Made by a program: the position numbers and the translations under genes
The notes under the pieces: generated by a model
Told to the model about the DNA's origin: nothing
Seen by the model: the letters and a program-made list of their open reading frames with translations, nothing else
Database searches by the model: none
In this document: in pieces, positions 36,861 to 46,540 of the stretch
Numbering within the stretch: position 1 is the first letter of the stretch
Layout of the letters: every line of letters starts with the position of its first letter
NCBI GenBank assembly: GCA_039818205.1
Contig: JBCBUK010000016.1
Location: forward strand, 1-64,000
Direction of reading: 5' to 3'
DNA: 64,000 nucleotides
Origin: Verrucomicrobiota bacterium
GTDB lineage: Bacteria > Verrucomicrobiota > Verrucomicrobiia > Opitutales > Cerasicoccaceae

Positions 36861-37795
36861 ATGAACCCAGGAATCCCGGGCCAAGTTGGGGCTTCGAAGC
36901 GCTAAACTGGTGGGACCAGCGGCTCCCTCGTCCCCTGCGCAATGGTGTTTCCTATCTCGGCTCGGCTATCGCCTATGCGAGTATGCGATCCCAGCGCAAA
37001 GCCTCCCAAGAGTATCTCCAAGCCATCCTCGGGAGGCAACCGGCGAACCAGGAATGTATCCGGCAGTTTCATGCCTTTACCAACTCGCTCCTGGCTAAGC
37101 TTCGAGCTGGAAGGAACAACGATTTGCAGATCGACTGGGCAGACAAAGCGAACGAAAAGGCGGGCGCGATGATGTACTCGGATGAGCCGATCCTGCTTGG
37201 AACGTTTCACGTAGGTGCTTCGGATCTGATGGGCTTTCATATTCACCAAACGGGTCGTAAGGTATGCATGGTGCGCCAGCGGGTCGAGAATTCTGCCGAC
37301 TTGGAACACTTGATTAGCCTGACCGCCGGGATGGTCGAGATCATCTGGGTAAACAAACAGTCTGAGGTTGTGTATGCGATCCATCAGGCCTTGGGAGAAA
37401 AACGCTCGCTCGCAATGCAATGTGACCGCATCGAGCATGCCTCGAAAACGGAAAGCTTCGAATTTCTTGGAGAAAACCGCTTGTTTCCATTCACAATCTA
37501 TCGGTTGGCAAATATCTACGGTCGCCCCGTCCAATTCTGCATCGCCCTCCCCTTGGATTCCGAGAGTTCGTTTGGCGTTTACGCTCATGACGCCTATATA
37601 CCAGAAGGAAAAAGCCGTGAGGCCGACCTGCGATCAGCTCGAGAACATTTCCAATCCGTGCTCAACTGGCTGGAGGGACATTTACGCGAAAATCCTTATC
37701 AATGGTTCAATTTTTTAAAGTTGAATCCGATTGCCACAGCGGACACTGATTTGACTACATGCAATCGAGTGCCGCATCAAACGAAGCGCCCCTAG
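36851..37795 (+). CDS. LpxL-like acyltransferase
   Basis: H.G..D, DR, FLG....FP and LE......PYQWFNF. Confidence 0.75.
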   Translation: MELNEPRNPGPSWGFEALNWWDQRLPRPLRNGVSYLGSAIAYASMRSQRKASQEYLQAILGRQPANQECIRQFHAFTNSLLAKLRAGRNNDLQIDWADKANEKAGAMMYSDEPILLGTFHVGASDLMGFHIHQTGRKVCMVRQRVENSADLEHLISLTAGMVEIIWVNKQSEVVYAIHQALGEKRSLAMQCDRIEHASKTESFEFLGENRLFPFTIYRLANIYGRPVQFCIALPLDSESSFGVYAHDAYIPEGKSREADLRSAREHFQSVLNWLEGHLRENPYQWFNFLKLNPIATADTDLTTCNRVPHQTKRP

Positions 37796-38556
37796 GACGG
37801 TATATCATCTATTTGGGTCTAGTCCTATTTTTCGGACTAGGAGCACTCGCCTACAACCTCCTTTGTCTAATCAACGGGATTCTTCCATTTCGAGAGCGGC
37901 GGCGAGCGGTGATGCGTCGCCTAATGATCGGCCTGCTAAAACTCTTCATCGCAATGATTGAGTTCGGTGGAGTTGGTAAGGTCTCGTTCAAAGGTCTGCG
38001 AGAATCCATTCCGGAGGGGCCATCGCTCATTGTGGCCAATCACACCGGTTTACTGGATGCACTTTTCCTCCTTACTGAGCTGCCCGACGCCGTCTGTGTT
38101 TTCAAATCTGGCCTACGCAATAATCCGTTCTTTTGCGGAATTATTCGCGAAAACGGATTTATAGCCAACGATGAGGGGCTCGATCTTTTGCATGCCATGA
38201 ACGATGCACTAGCGACTGGACGGCCCGTACTCGTATTCCCCGAAGGCACTCGCACCGATGCACCGCCACTTAACGAATTCCATGGCGGTTTTGCCCTGGT
38301 GGCACGCCGTTCACAGGCCCCGGTTCGGACAATTATCATTCGAAACTCCTGTGGACTTTTGGCCAAAGGCGGTGGGCTCCTCCGCCGCTATGCCATTCCG
38401 TTTCGATATACATTCGAACCTGGAGATGTATTCTTCTATCAGGATGGCGAGCGAGCAGTTACTTTTAGTCATCGCATCGAACACTTCTTTCGAGAAATAC
38501 TATCCATTGACGACTTTGCTCCATGGCAGATAGCACGAATCAATCACTCTTCGTAG
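37759..38556 (+). CDS. PlsC-family acyltransferase
   Basis: VANH...LD and VFPEGTR. Confidence 0.88.
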   Translation: MQSSAASNEAPLGRYIIYLGLVLFFGLGALAYNLLCLINGILPFRERRRAVMRRLMIGLLKLFIAMIEFGGVGKVSFKGLRESIPEGPSLIVANHTGLLDALFLLTELPDAVCVFKSGLRNNPFFCGIIRENGFIANDEGLDLLHAMNDALATGRPVLVFPEGTRTDAPPLNEFHGGFALVARRSQAPVRTIIIRNSCGLLAKGGGLLRRYAIPFRYTFEPGDVFFYQDGERAVTFSHRIEHFFREILSIDDFAPWQIARINHSS

Positions 38557-38822
38557 ACGCCACAAACTCCTACAGCGACGGCCACTTTCCGGGGCATCCG
38601 ATTGTTCCGGCAGCAGCGCAGGTTGAATGGATCATGAAACAACTCGAAGCTCAACAGCCCCAGATTCGATCGTGGAAGATCAAACAGCTCAAGATGATTC
38701 GCGAACTCAAACCTGAACGAGAAGTCAACATTCGGACCGGGCCACACAAACAAGGTTGGCTTGGTAAGGTCGAAGATTCCGACGGTCCGTATGCGGAACT
38801 ATTCCTGGTTCCCCATGAGTAA
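38523..38822 (+). CDS. FabZ-like (ApeI-type) dehydratase
   Basis: GHFPG.PIVP...Q. Confidence 0.78.
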   Translation: MADSTNQSLFVDATNSYSDGHFPGHPIVPAAAQVEWIMKQLEAQQPQIRSWKIKQLKMIRELKPEREVNIRTGPHKQGWLGKVEDSDGPYAELFLVPHE

Positions 38823-39600
38823 GTCAGGCAGCCACGTCCTCGTGATTCCATCGTATAACACGGGACGCATTTTGGAATCAACCATTCGCGAGGCCATTGC
38901 CGAGTGGAATCCAGTTTGGTTGTTTATCGACGGATCAACGGACCAGGCCCATAAACGCTTCCTAGATGAGCCCGATAATTGGCCTGGCTTGAAGGTATTC
39001 GTCAGCGAATCCAATCGTGGCAAGGGAGCGACTAGTCTTTGGGCGGCTGACGAGGCTGCACGTGCCGGATTCACCCATATGCTATTGATGGATGCCGATG
39101 GCCAGCATCCGGCCAATCAGATTCAGGAGTTCATGGATCTATCGGCCCGATACCCAGAAGCACTCATCATGGGCCAGCCCGACTTTGGCCCAGATGCACC
39201 ATGGATCCGGCTAGCAGGAAGGCAACTGAGCGTTGCGCTCACCCAGATAGAAACGCTTTGGGGCGGACTGGCCGATCCACTGTTCGGCTTCCGGGTCTAT
39301 CCCGTAGAGCCCTTGCGCAAAGCCTTTACAAATACAGACCTTGGGCGCCGATATGACTTTGATCCAGCCGCAGCCGTGCACTTGTACTGGCAAGGAATTC
39401 GACCCGTTCGGCAGCGCGCAACGGTGCGCTACGTTTCAACGGAAGCCGGTGGCATAAGCCACTTTCATTATGTGCGAGACAATGTGACGATGGTCAAACT
39501 GCACCTGCGTTTGTTGCCGCATTTCCTGGCCAAGTTGCCGAAAGTCTTCCGATTAAGTCGTCAATATCGCGCGGCCGCCCGAGCAGCAGAGGCTCGATAA
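38815..39600 (+). CDS. Glycosyltransferase family 2
   Basis: IPSYN, DGSTD, N.GKG, MDADGQH, GFRVYP and SHF....DN. Confidence 0.9.
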   Translation: MSKSGSHVLVIPSYNTGRILESTIREAIAEWNPVWLFIDGSTDQAHKRFLDEPDNWPGLKVFVSESNRGKGATSLWAADEAARAGFTHMLLMDADGQHPANQIQEFMDLSARYPEALIMGQPDFGPDAPWIRLAGRQLSVALTQIETLWGGLADPLFGFRVYPVEPLRKAFTNTDLGRRYDFDPAAAVHLYWQGIRPVRQRATVRYVSTEAGGISHFHYVRDNVTMVKLHLRLLPHFLAKLPKVFRLSRQYRAAARAAEAR

Positions 39601-39673
39601 ATAGTAACGAATTTCACGCACCCCAAAAGCTTAGATTGAACTCGCCCGGCATCGTTGTATAACCAGAGCCTTT

Positions 39674-40267
39674 GTGAGATTATCTAAGATCATATTGGCA
39701 CTCGGTGCGATGTTCGTCGTTTCTTCCATATCTACCTGGGCAGAAAACGATGCGCTAACGCCCTACGTATCAGCGCTAGAATGGCCAGCCGACGCCCCGG
39801 TTATGATGATTGCTTTTTCGGAGGAGCGGCAGTTCCCATTCCGCAAATTCCCAAAGCGCTTTGCGGGCACGATGTATCGTTCCCCAAAGGGCGAGCTTGC
39901 TATCTGCTATAACTCACCGCGAGCGATGCGAATTTTGCTAAATAAAGATGAAATTCTGATCGAACGCGATGGCCGCCTAAGTCCGTTGCCAGCAAGCTCG
40001 GTTGACGCGGGTGCGATGTATGATCTCCTAGATGGCAACTTGGAAATGCTCCGAGCGAATTGGCAACCTGAAGCGCGAGACGATGGATTCCGGCTTCGCC
40101 CCAAAGCGGATTCGTTGCGGGACGCGGTCAAATGGATCGATGTAAGCATCGTGGACAATCAGGTCAGATCCGTGGCAGTCCACCAATCGAACCAAGCCAT
40201 TCGACGCTATGAATTTGCGGATTCGCGGCCTGCAGATTTAGCCGGATGGGATCCATTTTCTCGCTAA
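39674..40267 (+). CDS. LolA-like periplasmic carrier protein
   Basis: Signal peptide; F.EER......P....G; L.P; position before the MMPL gene. Confidence 0.6.
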   Translation: MRLSKIILALGAMFVVSSISTWAENDALTPYVSALEWPADAPVMMIAFSEERQFPFRKFPKRFAGTMYRSPKGELAICYNSPRAMRILLNKDEILIERDGRLSPLPASSVDAGAMYDLLDGNLEMLRANWQPEARDDGFRLRPKADSLRDAVKWIDVSIVDNQVRSVAVHQSNQAIRRYEFADSRPADLAGWDPFSR

Positions 40268-40268
40268 T

Positions 40269-42566
40269 ATGCAGGGATCCAATTCCTCAATGAAGAATCT
40301 GTGGATCGCCCTCATTCTGCTGTTGGGTTTTCCGATTGGCTATCTACTCACCGTCAATTGGCCCACGGCTTTCAACAGCAACATTCTCGAATTACTACCT
40401 GACGCAAACGATTCTGCGGCTGCGCGCGAAGCACGCCAACAAATCCGCGCCCACCTATCCAATCCGGTCCTCGTTAAGGTTAGCGGTTTTGATGCGCCAA
40501 GGGAAAACATGGTTCGCCAACTGCGTACGGCAATAGACAGTCAACCAGAATTCGGGGCCCCTTTCATCGTCGGTGATCCCAGTGAAGCGGCATCAGTTTT
40601 CGAGACCTTGCAATCCAACCAGGAAACGATTTTGGCTGCTTCATGGATCGATTCGCAGTTCCAGAGATTTGAAGAAGCTCAGCCCGAAACATCATTTCCA
40701 GAGTGGCTTGCAAGGGAGAGTGCCGACAACTTGGATACCTTTCTTGAGCAGCCCATGAGCGTTGCTTACTCAGAGCACATCCCGGCAGATCCGTTGTTAT
40801 TGCTGCCTGGACTCTTCGCAAAACTCCCTCAGCTCGAAGCAACGCAATCCGAAGCTATTTATGCTTGGATTCCTACAACCCATGATCCGATGTCAGCTGG
40901 TAGCAAGGCAGTCATTGAGGAATCACTCGACCTAGTCCTTGAAGCCCTGAAGCGAGCCGATGAAAAAACGGTGCTCAAGGCCAGCGGTGTCTATCGGCTC
41001 GCCGGAGTCAGCGCCGAACGAACCCAACAAGAGGTATCGCAGCTAAATATTGCTATGGTTGTTGGGATCTTTGGATTGCTGCTGCTGCTTGCTGGTCGAC
41101 CAGGCTTTCTCTTGCTCACTTTTATTCCGCTGCTGGTTGCCGCACTTTGGAGTATCGTGGGTGGCTTGTTGGCATTTGGACAAATTCATGTCATTGCGTT
41201 GGCGGTCGCATCAGTCGTGCTAGGTCTAGCAGTGGACTATGGTGTTCACCTTTCGACACAGCGGGGAAGTAGCAGTCTAGAAGCGACTTGGCCGAAGGTA
41301 AGGCTTCCGCTGATCACCAGCTGCATATCAACCTGCTTTGGGTTCTTTTTTCTACTGCTGTCCCCGAGTGCAGCGCTACGGCAAGTCGGAATTATGGCTC
41401 CCGCTGGATTGGTCGGGGCGCTGTTGGCGGTTCGGTGGCTTCTGCCGCATTTAGAACGTTGGGCGGGAGCCTATCGCATCCGCCCATTCTTGGAGCGGCC
41501 TGCACCGAGACTCCCGATGAAAGTGCGACTCGTGATTCCCCTCTCGACGGGTGCCATTGCCTGCATCATCATCGTCGGCCTTGGCTCCTTTGACGATGAC
41601 GTTCGAAGTTTTCAGATCCCCATCCAAGAGGAACTCGAAGGCTACCAACAACTCGTGAGCGAGATCAGCCCAGGCGCGACTACCAATCGTTGGCTGTGTT
41701 TTGCCTCAAGCCCGGCTGACCTGATTGACAATCTTAAGCAAACTCGTGACCAACTCGGAATCGACCCCTTGTTACCGATTGCCGCAATCGATCCCCAGGC
41801 GAAGTCATGGCAGACATTCATCGCCGAACAGGAAACGTTTACCGATGCCTTCCGCACGGAACTCGAAGCTCACGGGTTCGAGTCCACTGCCTTTCAGCCA
41901 TTCTTTGACAAGCTAAGTAATGCGAGTCGATGGCAATCACCCGAATCAGTCGAAAAAGCACTTACCGAACTTGCGAGTGAGCTACCACCCCCGCTGGCAC
42001 CCGTACTCCTCAACAAAGGAACGACATGGCTGTCGGTTTATGAGGTTCCCGATGGCACAACTCTACCTGACAGCCTGCGCGATTTCACCCTCGAGCTTTC
42101 CGAACGAAATTCACTAAATAGTGCACTTATGACGGCACGAAACGCTATCATCAACAGTATGCTCTGGGGCGTGATCGGGATGATGGCTTGTGTATTTTCT
42201 CTCTATGGACTCAGTCGTGGCACACAGGCACTCGCAGTACCTTTCTGGTCCGTTTCTCTCGGCTTAGCCACAATCGTGATCACCGGCCAGCACATCGGAT
42301 TGCTCGCGATTATCGGCGTGGTGCTTGCATTTTGTCTCGCTCTGGACTACGGCGCCTTCGCTGCCAGCTCTCGCGAACCACCAGCATCGATTCGAATTTC
42401 TTCCATCACTACCGTCTGTACGTTTTTGATTCTATCGCTGTGTAGTATTCCCGCAATCGCCCAATTAGGAAAGGTCGTGGCGTCGTCGGTATTTTTTGCA
42501 TGGATTGGTGCTGAACTCCTGTGTATGCAATCACCCATTAAATTGAGCAAGACCGCCCATGAGTGA
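40269..42566 (+). CDS. MMPL/RND-like exporter
   Basis: Two TM clusters with GLAVDYG.H and LALDYG.F; I..LLP at the N-terminus. Confidence 0.8.
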   Translation: MQGSNSSMKNLWIALILLLGFPIGYLLTVNWPTAFNSNILELLPDANDSAAAREARQQIRAHLSNPVLVKVSGFDAPRENMVRQLRTAIDSQPEFGAPFIVGDPSEAASVFETLQSNQETILAASWIDSQFQRFEEAQPETSFPEWLARESADNLDTFLEQPMSVAYSEHIPADPLLLLPGLFAKLPQLEATQSEAIYAWIPTTHDPMSAGSKAVIEESLDLVLEALKRADEKTVLKASGVYRLAGVSAERTQQEVSQLNIAMVVGIFGLLLLLAGRPGFLLLTFIPLLVAALWSIVGGLLAFGQIHVIALAVASVVLGLAVDYGVHLSTQRGSSSLEATWPKVRLPLITSCISTCFGFFFLLLSPSAALRQVGIMAPAGLVGALLAVRWLLPHLERWAGAYRIRPFLERPAPRLPMKVRLVIPLSTGAIACIIIVGLGSFDDDVRSFQIPIQEELEGYQQLVSEISPGATTNRWLCFASSPADLIDNLKQTRDQLGIDPLLPIAAIDPQAKSWQTFIAEQETFTDAFRTELEAHGFESTAFQPFFDKLSNASRWQSPESVEKALTELASELPPPLAPVLLNKGTTWLSVYEVPDGTTLPDSLRDFTLELSERNSLNSALMTARNAIINSMLWGVIGMMACVFSLYGLSRGTQALAVPFWSVSLGLATIVITGQHIGLLAIIGVVLAFCLALDYGAFAASSREPPASIRISSITTVCTFLILSLCSIPAIAQLGKVVASSVFFAWIGAELLCMQSPIKLSKTAHE

Positions 42567-42975
42567 CACGCTTCCGACAGTGCCTGAATTGATCCCCCAT
42601 CGCGATCCGATGATCTTCCTTCAGCATTTAACCCAGCTCTCGTCAGAGTCGGTTCAGGCCAGAACATACTTTCCGCAAGGTGCTTTGGGGCGTGATGGAA
42701 TTGAGCCCTCGAACGCCTGGTCCCTCGAAATCGTGTCGCAGGCCTGCGCGGCCTTCATTGGGCATAATTGTCAGGAGGAGGGCTATCGCCAAGGGCGACT
42801 CATCAAGGCAACCAATTGGATCCTCGAACAAACGACGATTCCGCTACACGAGGAGCTCACAGTCGAAGCAACACTAACGATGTCGAGTTCGTTGGGTTTA
42901 TTTGTTTTCACTGGCACCCTCGCCAGCAACAGCCAGCGGTTAGCGCACGGCCAAATTTCCATCCTTGCGCAATGA
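42559..42975 (+). CDS. Hot-dog-fold dehydratase (ApeP-like)
   Basis: LIPHR.PM..L and E..SQA.AA. Confidence 0.75.
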   Translation: MSDTLPTVPELIPHRDPMIFLQHLTQLSSESVQARTYFPQGALGRDGIEPSNAWSLEIVSQACAAFIGHNCQEEGYRQGRLIKATNWILEQTTIPLHEELTVEATLTMSSSLGLFVFTGTLASNSQRLAHGQISILAQ

Positions 42976-44324
42976 GCCAGCCTTCCATCTTAATCAACCG
43001 ATGGGAAGCGGTCATTTCCGAGCGGGCAGACCAGCCGGCGATCTTCGAGGGCGAATCCGATCGAGTGTGGACTTTCAACGAAATCGAAAAGCGTTCCTTG
43101 CACTGGAAGAAATCACTCTCGGGAGAAAAGATCGACCGCCACGCAGTTGTGCTCGATATGCCCAATGGATTAGATTGGGTCGCCGCATTGTTGATGCTTC
43201 TCCGAGAGGATTCCGTTGTTGTGCCAGTTGACACTGGCATAACCAATGAGCAGCGTATTGAGATCGGTGAGATGGTTGGCGCACGGGGTAGACTAAGCCT
43301 CGATGGTTGGCAGAAAGGAGTCACCAAGCCTCGCCAGTGGGATTCGGAGCTTTGCTTACTCAAGGTAACCTCCGGTTCGAGCGGCTCCCGCCAAGCAATC
43401 CCATTTACAGGCAACGAGCTATGTGCCGATGCCGACAACATCCAAACCACCATGGCGTTTGGACCAAATGATCGCAACTATGCCCTGCTACCCTTTGGAC
43501 ACTCCTACGCTCTGGGTAATTTGATCGTTCCACTACTCACCAATGGCGTGCCTTTAGTTCTCGGAAGTAGCGCGTTTCCCCGGGCAATTGCCGAGGAAGT
43601 TCGTCGGCACCAGGCAACGGTGTTCCCTGGCGTACCAGCAATATTTGAAGGCCTAGCGAATACGGACGACGTGCGCCTGGACTCGCTTCGGCTTGCAATT
43701 ACTGCAGCTGCACCGCTGAAGCCTGAGCTTGCAAAGCGATTTCTTGCCCGGTTTGGACAACCCTTGCATAACTTTTATGGAGCCAGTGAGTGTGGAGGCA
43801 TCGCCTACGACCGCACGGGTGATTGTGGATTCGATAGCCACGCCATCGGGACCCCCCTCAAGAATGTGGAGCTCGACACCGATGGCGACGGCCTGCTCAA
43901 CGTTCGATCTGCGGCCGTCAGCAGTTTTGGCCGCAAAAAAGACGCTTTGGGAAATGCATCGATCTGGCTCAATGACCGTGTGCATCTTGGACCGAATTCC
44001 GAAGTAAGCCTTCTCGGAAGAGCTGATCGAGTGGTCAAGTGCATGGGCAAACGCATTGATCTGGAGGCTATCGAGAGTGTAGCCAGTAAGATTCCATACG
44101 TTCGGAGTGCGGCAACCATCTACTTGGAGGATTCAGATCGACTTGCCATTGTATACTCCGGCTCGGCGAATTCCAAAACGGTGCTAGAGTCCATTCAATC
44201 GCACTTTCCAGAATACCGGGCGCGGTTTCGCGTAAAACGCGTCGATACACTTCCTCAAACGGAACGTGGAAAGATCGATCAGGCGAAACTGCGCCGGATG
44301 TTTAGCATGTCGCCATCGGCATAG
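42972..44324 (+). CDS. AMP-binding acyl/aryl-CoA or -ACP ligase
   Basis: TSGSSG, LP.GHSY.L, FYGASECGG, GR.D..K..G and LP.T.RGK. Confidence 0.88.
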   Translation: MSQPSILINRWEAVISERADQPAIFEGESDRVWTFNEIEKRSLHWKKSLSGEKIDRHAVVLDMPNGLDWVAALLMLLREDSVVVPVDTGITNEQRIEIGEMVGARGRLSLDGWQKGVTKPRQWDSELCLLKVTSGSSGSRQAIPFTGNELCADADNIQTTMAFGPNDRNYALLPFGHSYALGNLIVPLLTNGVPLVLGSSAFPRAIAEEVRRHQATVFPGVPAIFEGLANTDDVRLDSLRLAITAAAPLKPELAKRFLARFGQPLHNFYGASECGGIAYDRTGDCGFDSHAIGTPLKNVELDTDGDGLLNVRSAAVSSFGRKKDALGNASIWLNDRVHLGPNSEVSLLGRADRVVKCMGKRIDLEAIESVASKIPYVRSAATIYLEDSDRLAIVYSGSANSKTVLESIQSHFPEYRARFRVKRVDTLPQTERGKIDQAKLRRMFSMSPSA

Positions 44325-44364
44325 CCCAACAACCTAAAAGAACGATTCGACTCGAGTCGCTTTC

Positions 44365-45399
44365 CTAGAACTCGACCTGGTGACGCTGAAGTGTCTGTTT
44401 CACAACCAGGCTGATTTCAGCCATCTGATCAGGCGGGAACTCATGTTCCTGACTCGCCCAGTCGCGTAGCGAAGACGGATCCTCAGCCGCCCAGTTGTGA
44501 AAGAGCATCACCAGCGAAGTCGAACGATACATGGGGTCGACCGGTGCGGCCGCAAGGTCCACCAACTCAGAATAGGGATATCCTTTGTCAATACCCAGAC
44601 TCACGATGCTAGAAATCGCTCCATCAAGATCCGGCGTCTCTTCAATCGAGTTGATATAGTCGATTGCGGAATTTACGTCGCCCGCGGTTGATTCGACTAC
44701 AATCGCGGTAAAAGCCCGAGCCCGAATCGGTCCCTCAGGGAGGTCGACGGCTTTGCTCCAAGCAACCTCAGGGGTAAAGTTGCTAAGCATCGTACCAATC
44801 GTTGCACCCGATCTCAATGAGGCAGCGTCCTCGGGATTACTCATGATCCAATCGTAGGCGACATCGGCGCTTTCCGCCCCGCTACCGGCTAAGAAGAAGT
44901 CTCCAACAACACTACTGAACAGCGGCCCAGTTGCTCGAAGCTGCTCAATTTTCTCGAGATTCTCAGCCAACGGCTTCTCACGGTAAAAATCCATCATAGC
45001 CCGAGTAATCATCTCAATCTCCTCAAACTCGGGGTCCTCAACTTCCATAGACTCTGGATATCGGCGCTCAGCAAGGTATGCGAGCACCTCTGCTTCGTGC
45101 GTGCGCAATAGCTCGACGAGCAGAAGGTATTTGTCGCTGGAGACATGTGCATCCGTAAGAATAAAATCTAATTGCTCCGCCACCGTTGGAGGCGGCACGT
45201 AGTCTTCGATATTGAATTGGAGTTCTTCGGGCAGATATTCAATCGAATGGCCATCGGCTTTTGGCGAGTCATCTGTCGGCTCAACGGCGATCGATTTAAC
45301 CTCAATGGCACCATCGGGCTGGGACGTCTCCGGCAGAAACGTGATCACCAAAAATGCCGCAAGACAAAGAACAACAATAGTGACGATTTGGGCTCTCAT
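44365..45399 (-). CDS. Hypothetical membrane-anchored, acidic helical-repeat protein
   Basis: 344-aa ORF with N-terminal hydrophobic helix and W...DP..A..W-like repeats. Confidence 0.6.
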   Translation of the reverse strand: MRAQIVTIVVLCLAAFLVITFLPETSQPDGAIEVKSIAVEPTDDSPKADGHSIEYLPEELQFNIEDYVPPPTVAEQLDFILTDAHVSSDKYLLLVELLRTHEAEVLAYLAERRYPESMEVEDPEFEEIEMITRAMMDFYREKPLAENLEKIEQLRATGPLFSSVVGDFFLAGSGAESADVAYDWIMSNPEDAASLRSGATIGTMLSNFTPEVAWSKAVDLPEGPIRARAFTAIVVESTAGDVNSAIDYINSIEETPDLDGAISSIVSLGIDKGYPYSELVDLAAAPVDPMYRSTSLVMLFHNWAAEDPSSLRDWASQEHEFPPDQMAEISLVVKQTLQRHQVEF

Positions 45400-45415
45400 G
45401 GTGTGGGGGTATCGT

Positions 45416-46540
45416 TTAGTTGTCGCTGGAAGGGCTTAGTCGCTCAAACACGAGCATTTCATCGTAATTGATCAGGAAGTCGTCCATTTTTGGACCATTG
45501 ACCAGATAGGTCCGCCCCGAATATGGCGGCTCGTTTATTGGCGGTTCAATGCGTTCAGTCAGCCACTCAATAAATGCATAGCGATAGGCACCAGCACGAA
45601 CCTTCTTAAGCACACCCGTTGCGCCCTCCTCGCTTAGTCGCTCCTGTTCTGACATCTCGGTCTTACCGCCGAGATAGATTCGTTGGGTAAATCCATCGAG
45701 TGCCTCGAGTTCGAAATAGTGCTCGCCCGTGACTCCACCGTTCTCGCGCTCAAAGGATCCCGGTAAGACGTCCTTAATAAACATCGAAGCGAATGCGTAA
45801 TCAACCGTTTGAGTCAGATTGAGCAACTGATTCTTCCGCCCAGACTGGCCATCAACAATCGTATAAGGCTCCTCTCGGCTGCTCCGGTTTAGTACCCATA
45901 CTGGCTCGCCATCGATCACATAGGTAATGCGGCGGTAGGCGTAAGGGTTACTCAGGATGTTCATAATCCAATGAGAAGGTATCGTATTGAAAAACGCTAA
46001 TGAGCTTCCCACGAGCCGAACCTCATCGCTATCCGCAATCCGCACAAAACTTCGCCCATCGAACTCGTCCCCGAACATGATCGAAGCCTCACTGTCTGAT
46101 GCCTGAAGCGTGCCAACGATCAAGCTGGCATGATAACCATTGGCACCAAAGAGATCGACGCGACAGCCTTTCCCTGTGCCGCCGTTGGCCATCGGATCCT
46201 CCACGCCAAGCCGTTCCCATTGACTCTCATCAACTTCAGTTTTTTGGACAGACTGAAGCTCGGCCAACAAACTGAATATATCATGGAGTCTCGCCGCGTC
46301 AGCCAAGTAATTGTCTTTCTCAAGAATCACCCAATTGTTACCTTGCTTCAAGAAGGTCAAGGTTCCGAATCGATTGCTGACAACGAGCTTGTTTAGTTCG
46401 CTCACCGGCAAGCCTGGAAACACGAGCTTCTCATTGTGGCTCACCTCTTCACTGACGAACTGACGCTCCTGCAACATGAAGAACGCGACTCCGGCCAATA
46501 AACCAAGAAAGATCAGGATAACTAATGCTTGTTTTTTCAT
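45416..46540 (-). CDS. DUF4340-domain protein
   Basis: N-terminal TM; W.....Y.AD, L.VG and FVR; last gene of a Gld-type ABC set. Confidence 0.7.
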   Translation of the reverse strand: MKKQALVILIFLGLLAGVAFFMLQERQFVSEEVSHNEKLVFPGLPVSELNKLVVSNRFGTLTFLKQGNNWVILEKDNYLADAARLHDIFSLLAELQSVQKTEVDESQWERLGVEDPMANGGTGKGCRVDLFGANGYHASLIVGTLQASDSEASIMFGDEFDGRSFVRIADSDEVRLVGSSLAFFNTIPSHWIMNILSNPYAYRRITYVIDGEPVWVLNRSSREEPYTIVDGQSGRKNQLLNLTQTVDYAFASMFIKDVLPGSFERENGGVTGEHYFELEALDGFTQRIYLGGKTEMSEQERLSEEGATGVLKKVRAGAYRYAFIEWLTERIEPPINEPPYSGRTYLVNGPKMDDFLINYDEMLVFERLSPSSDN

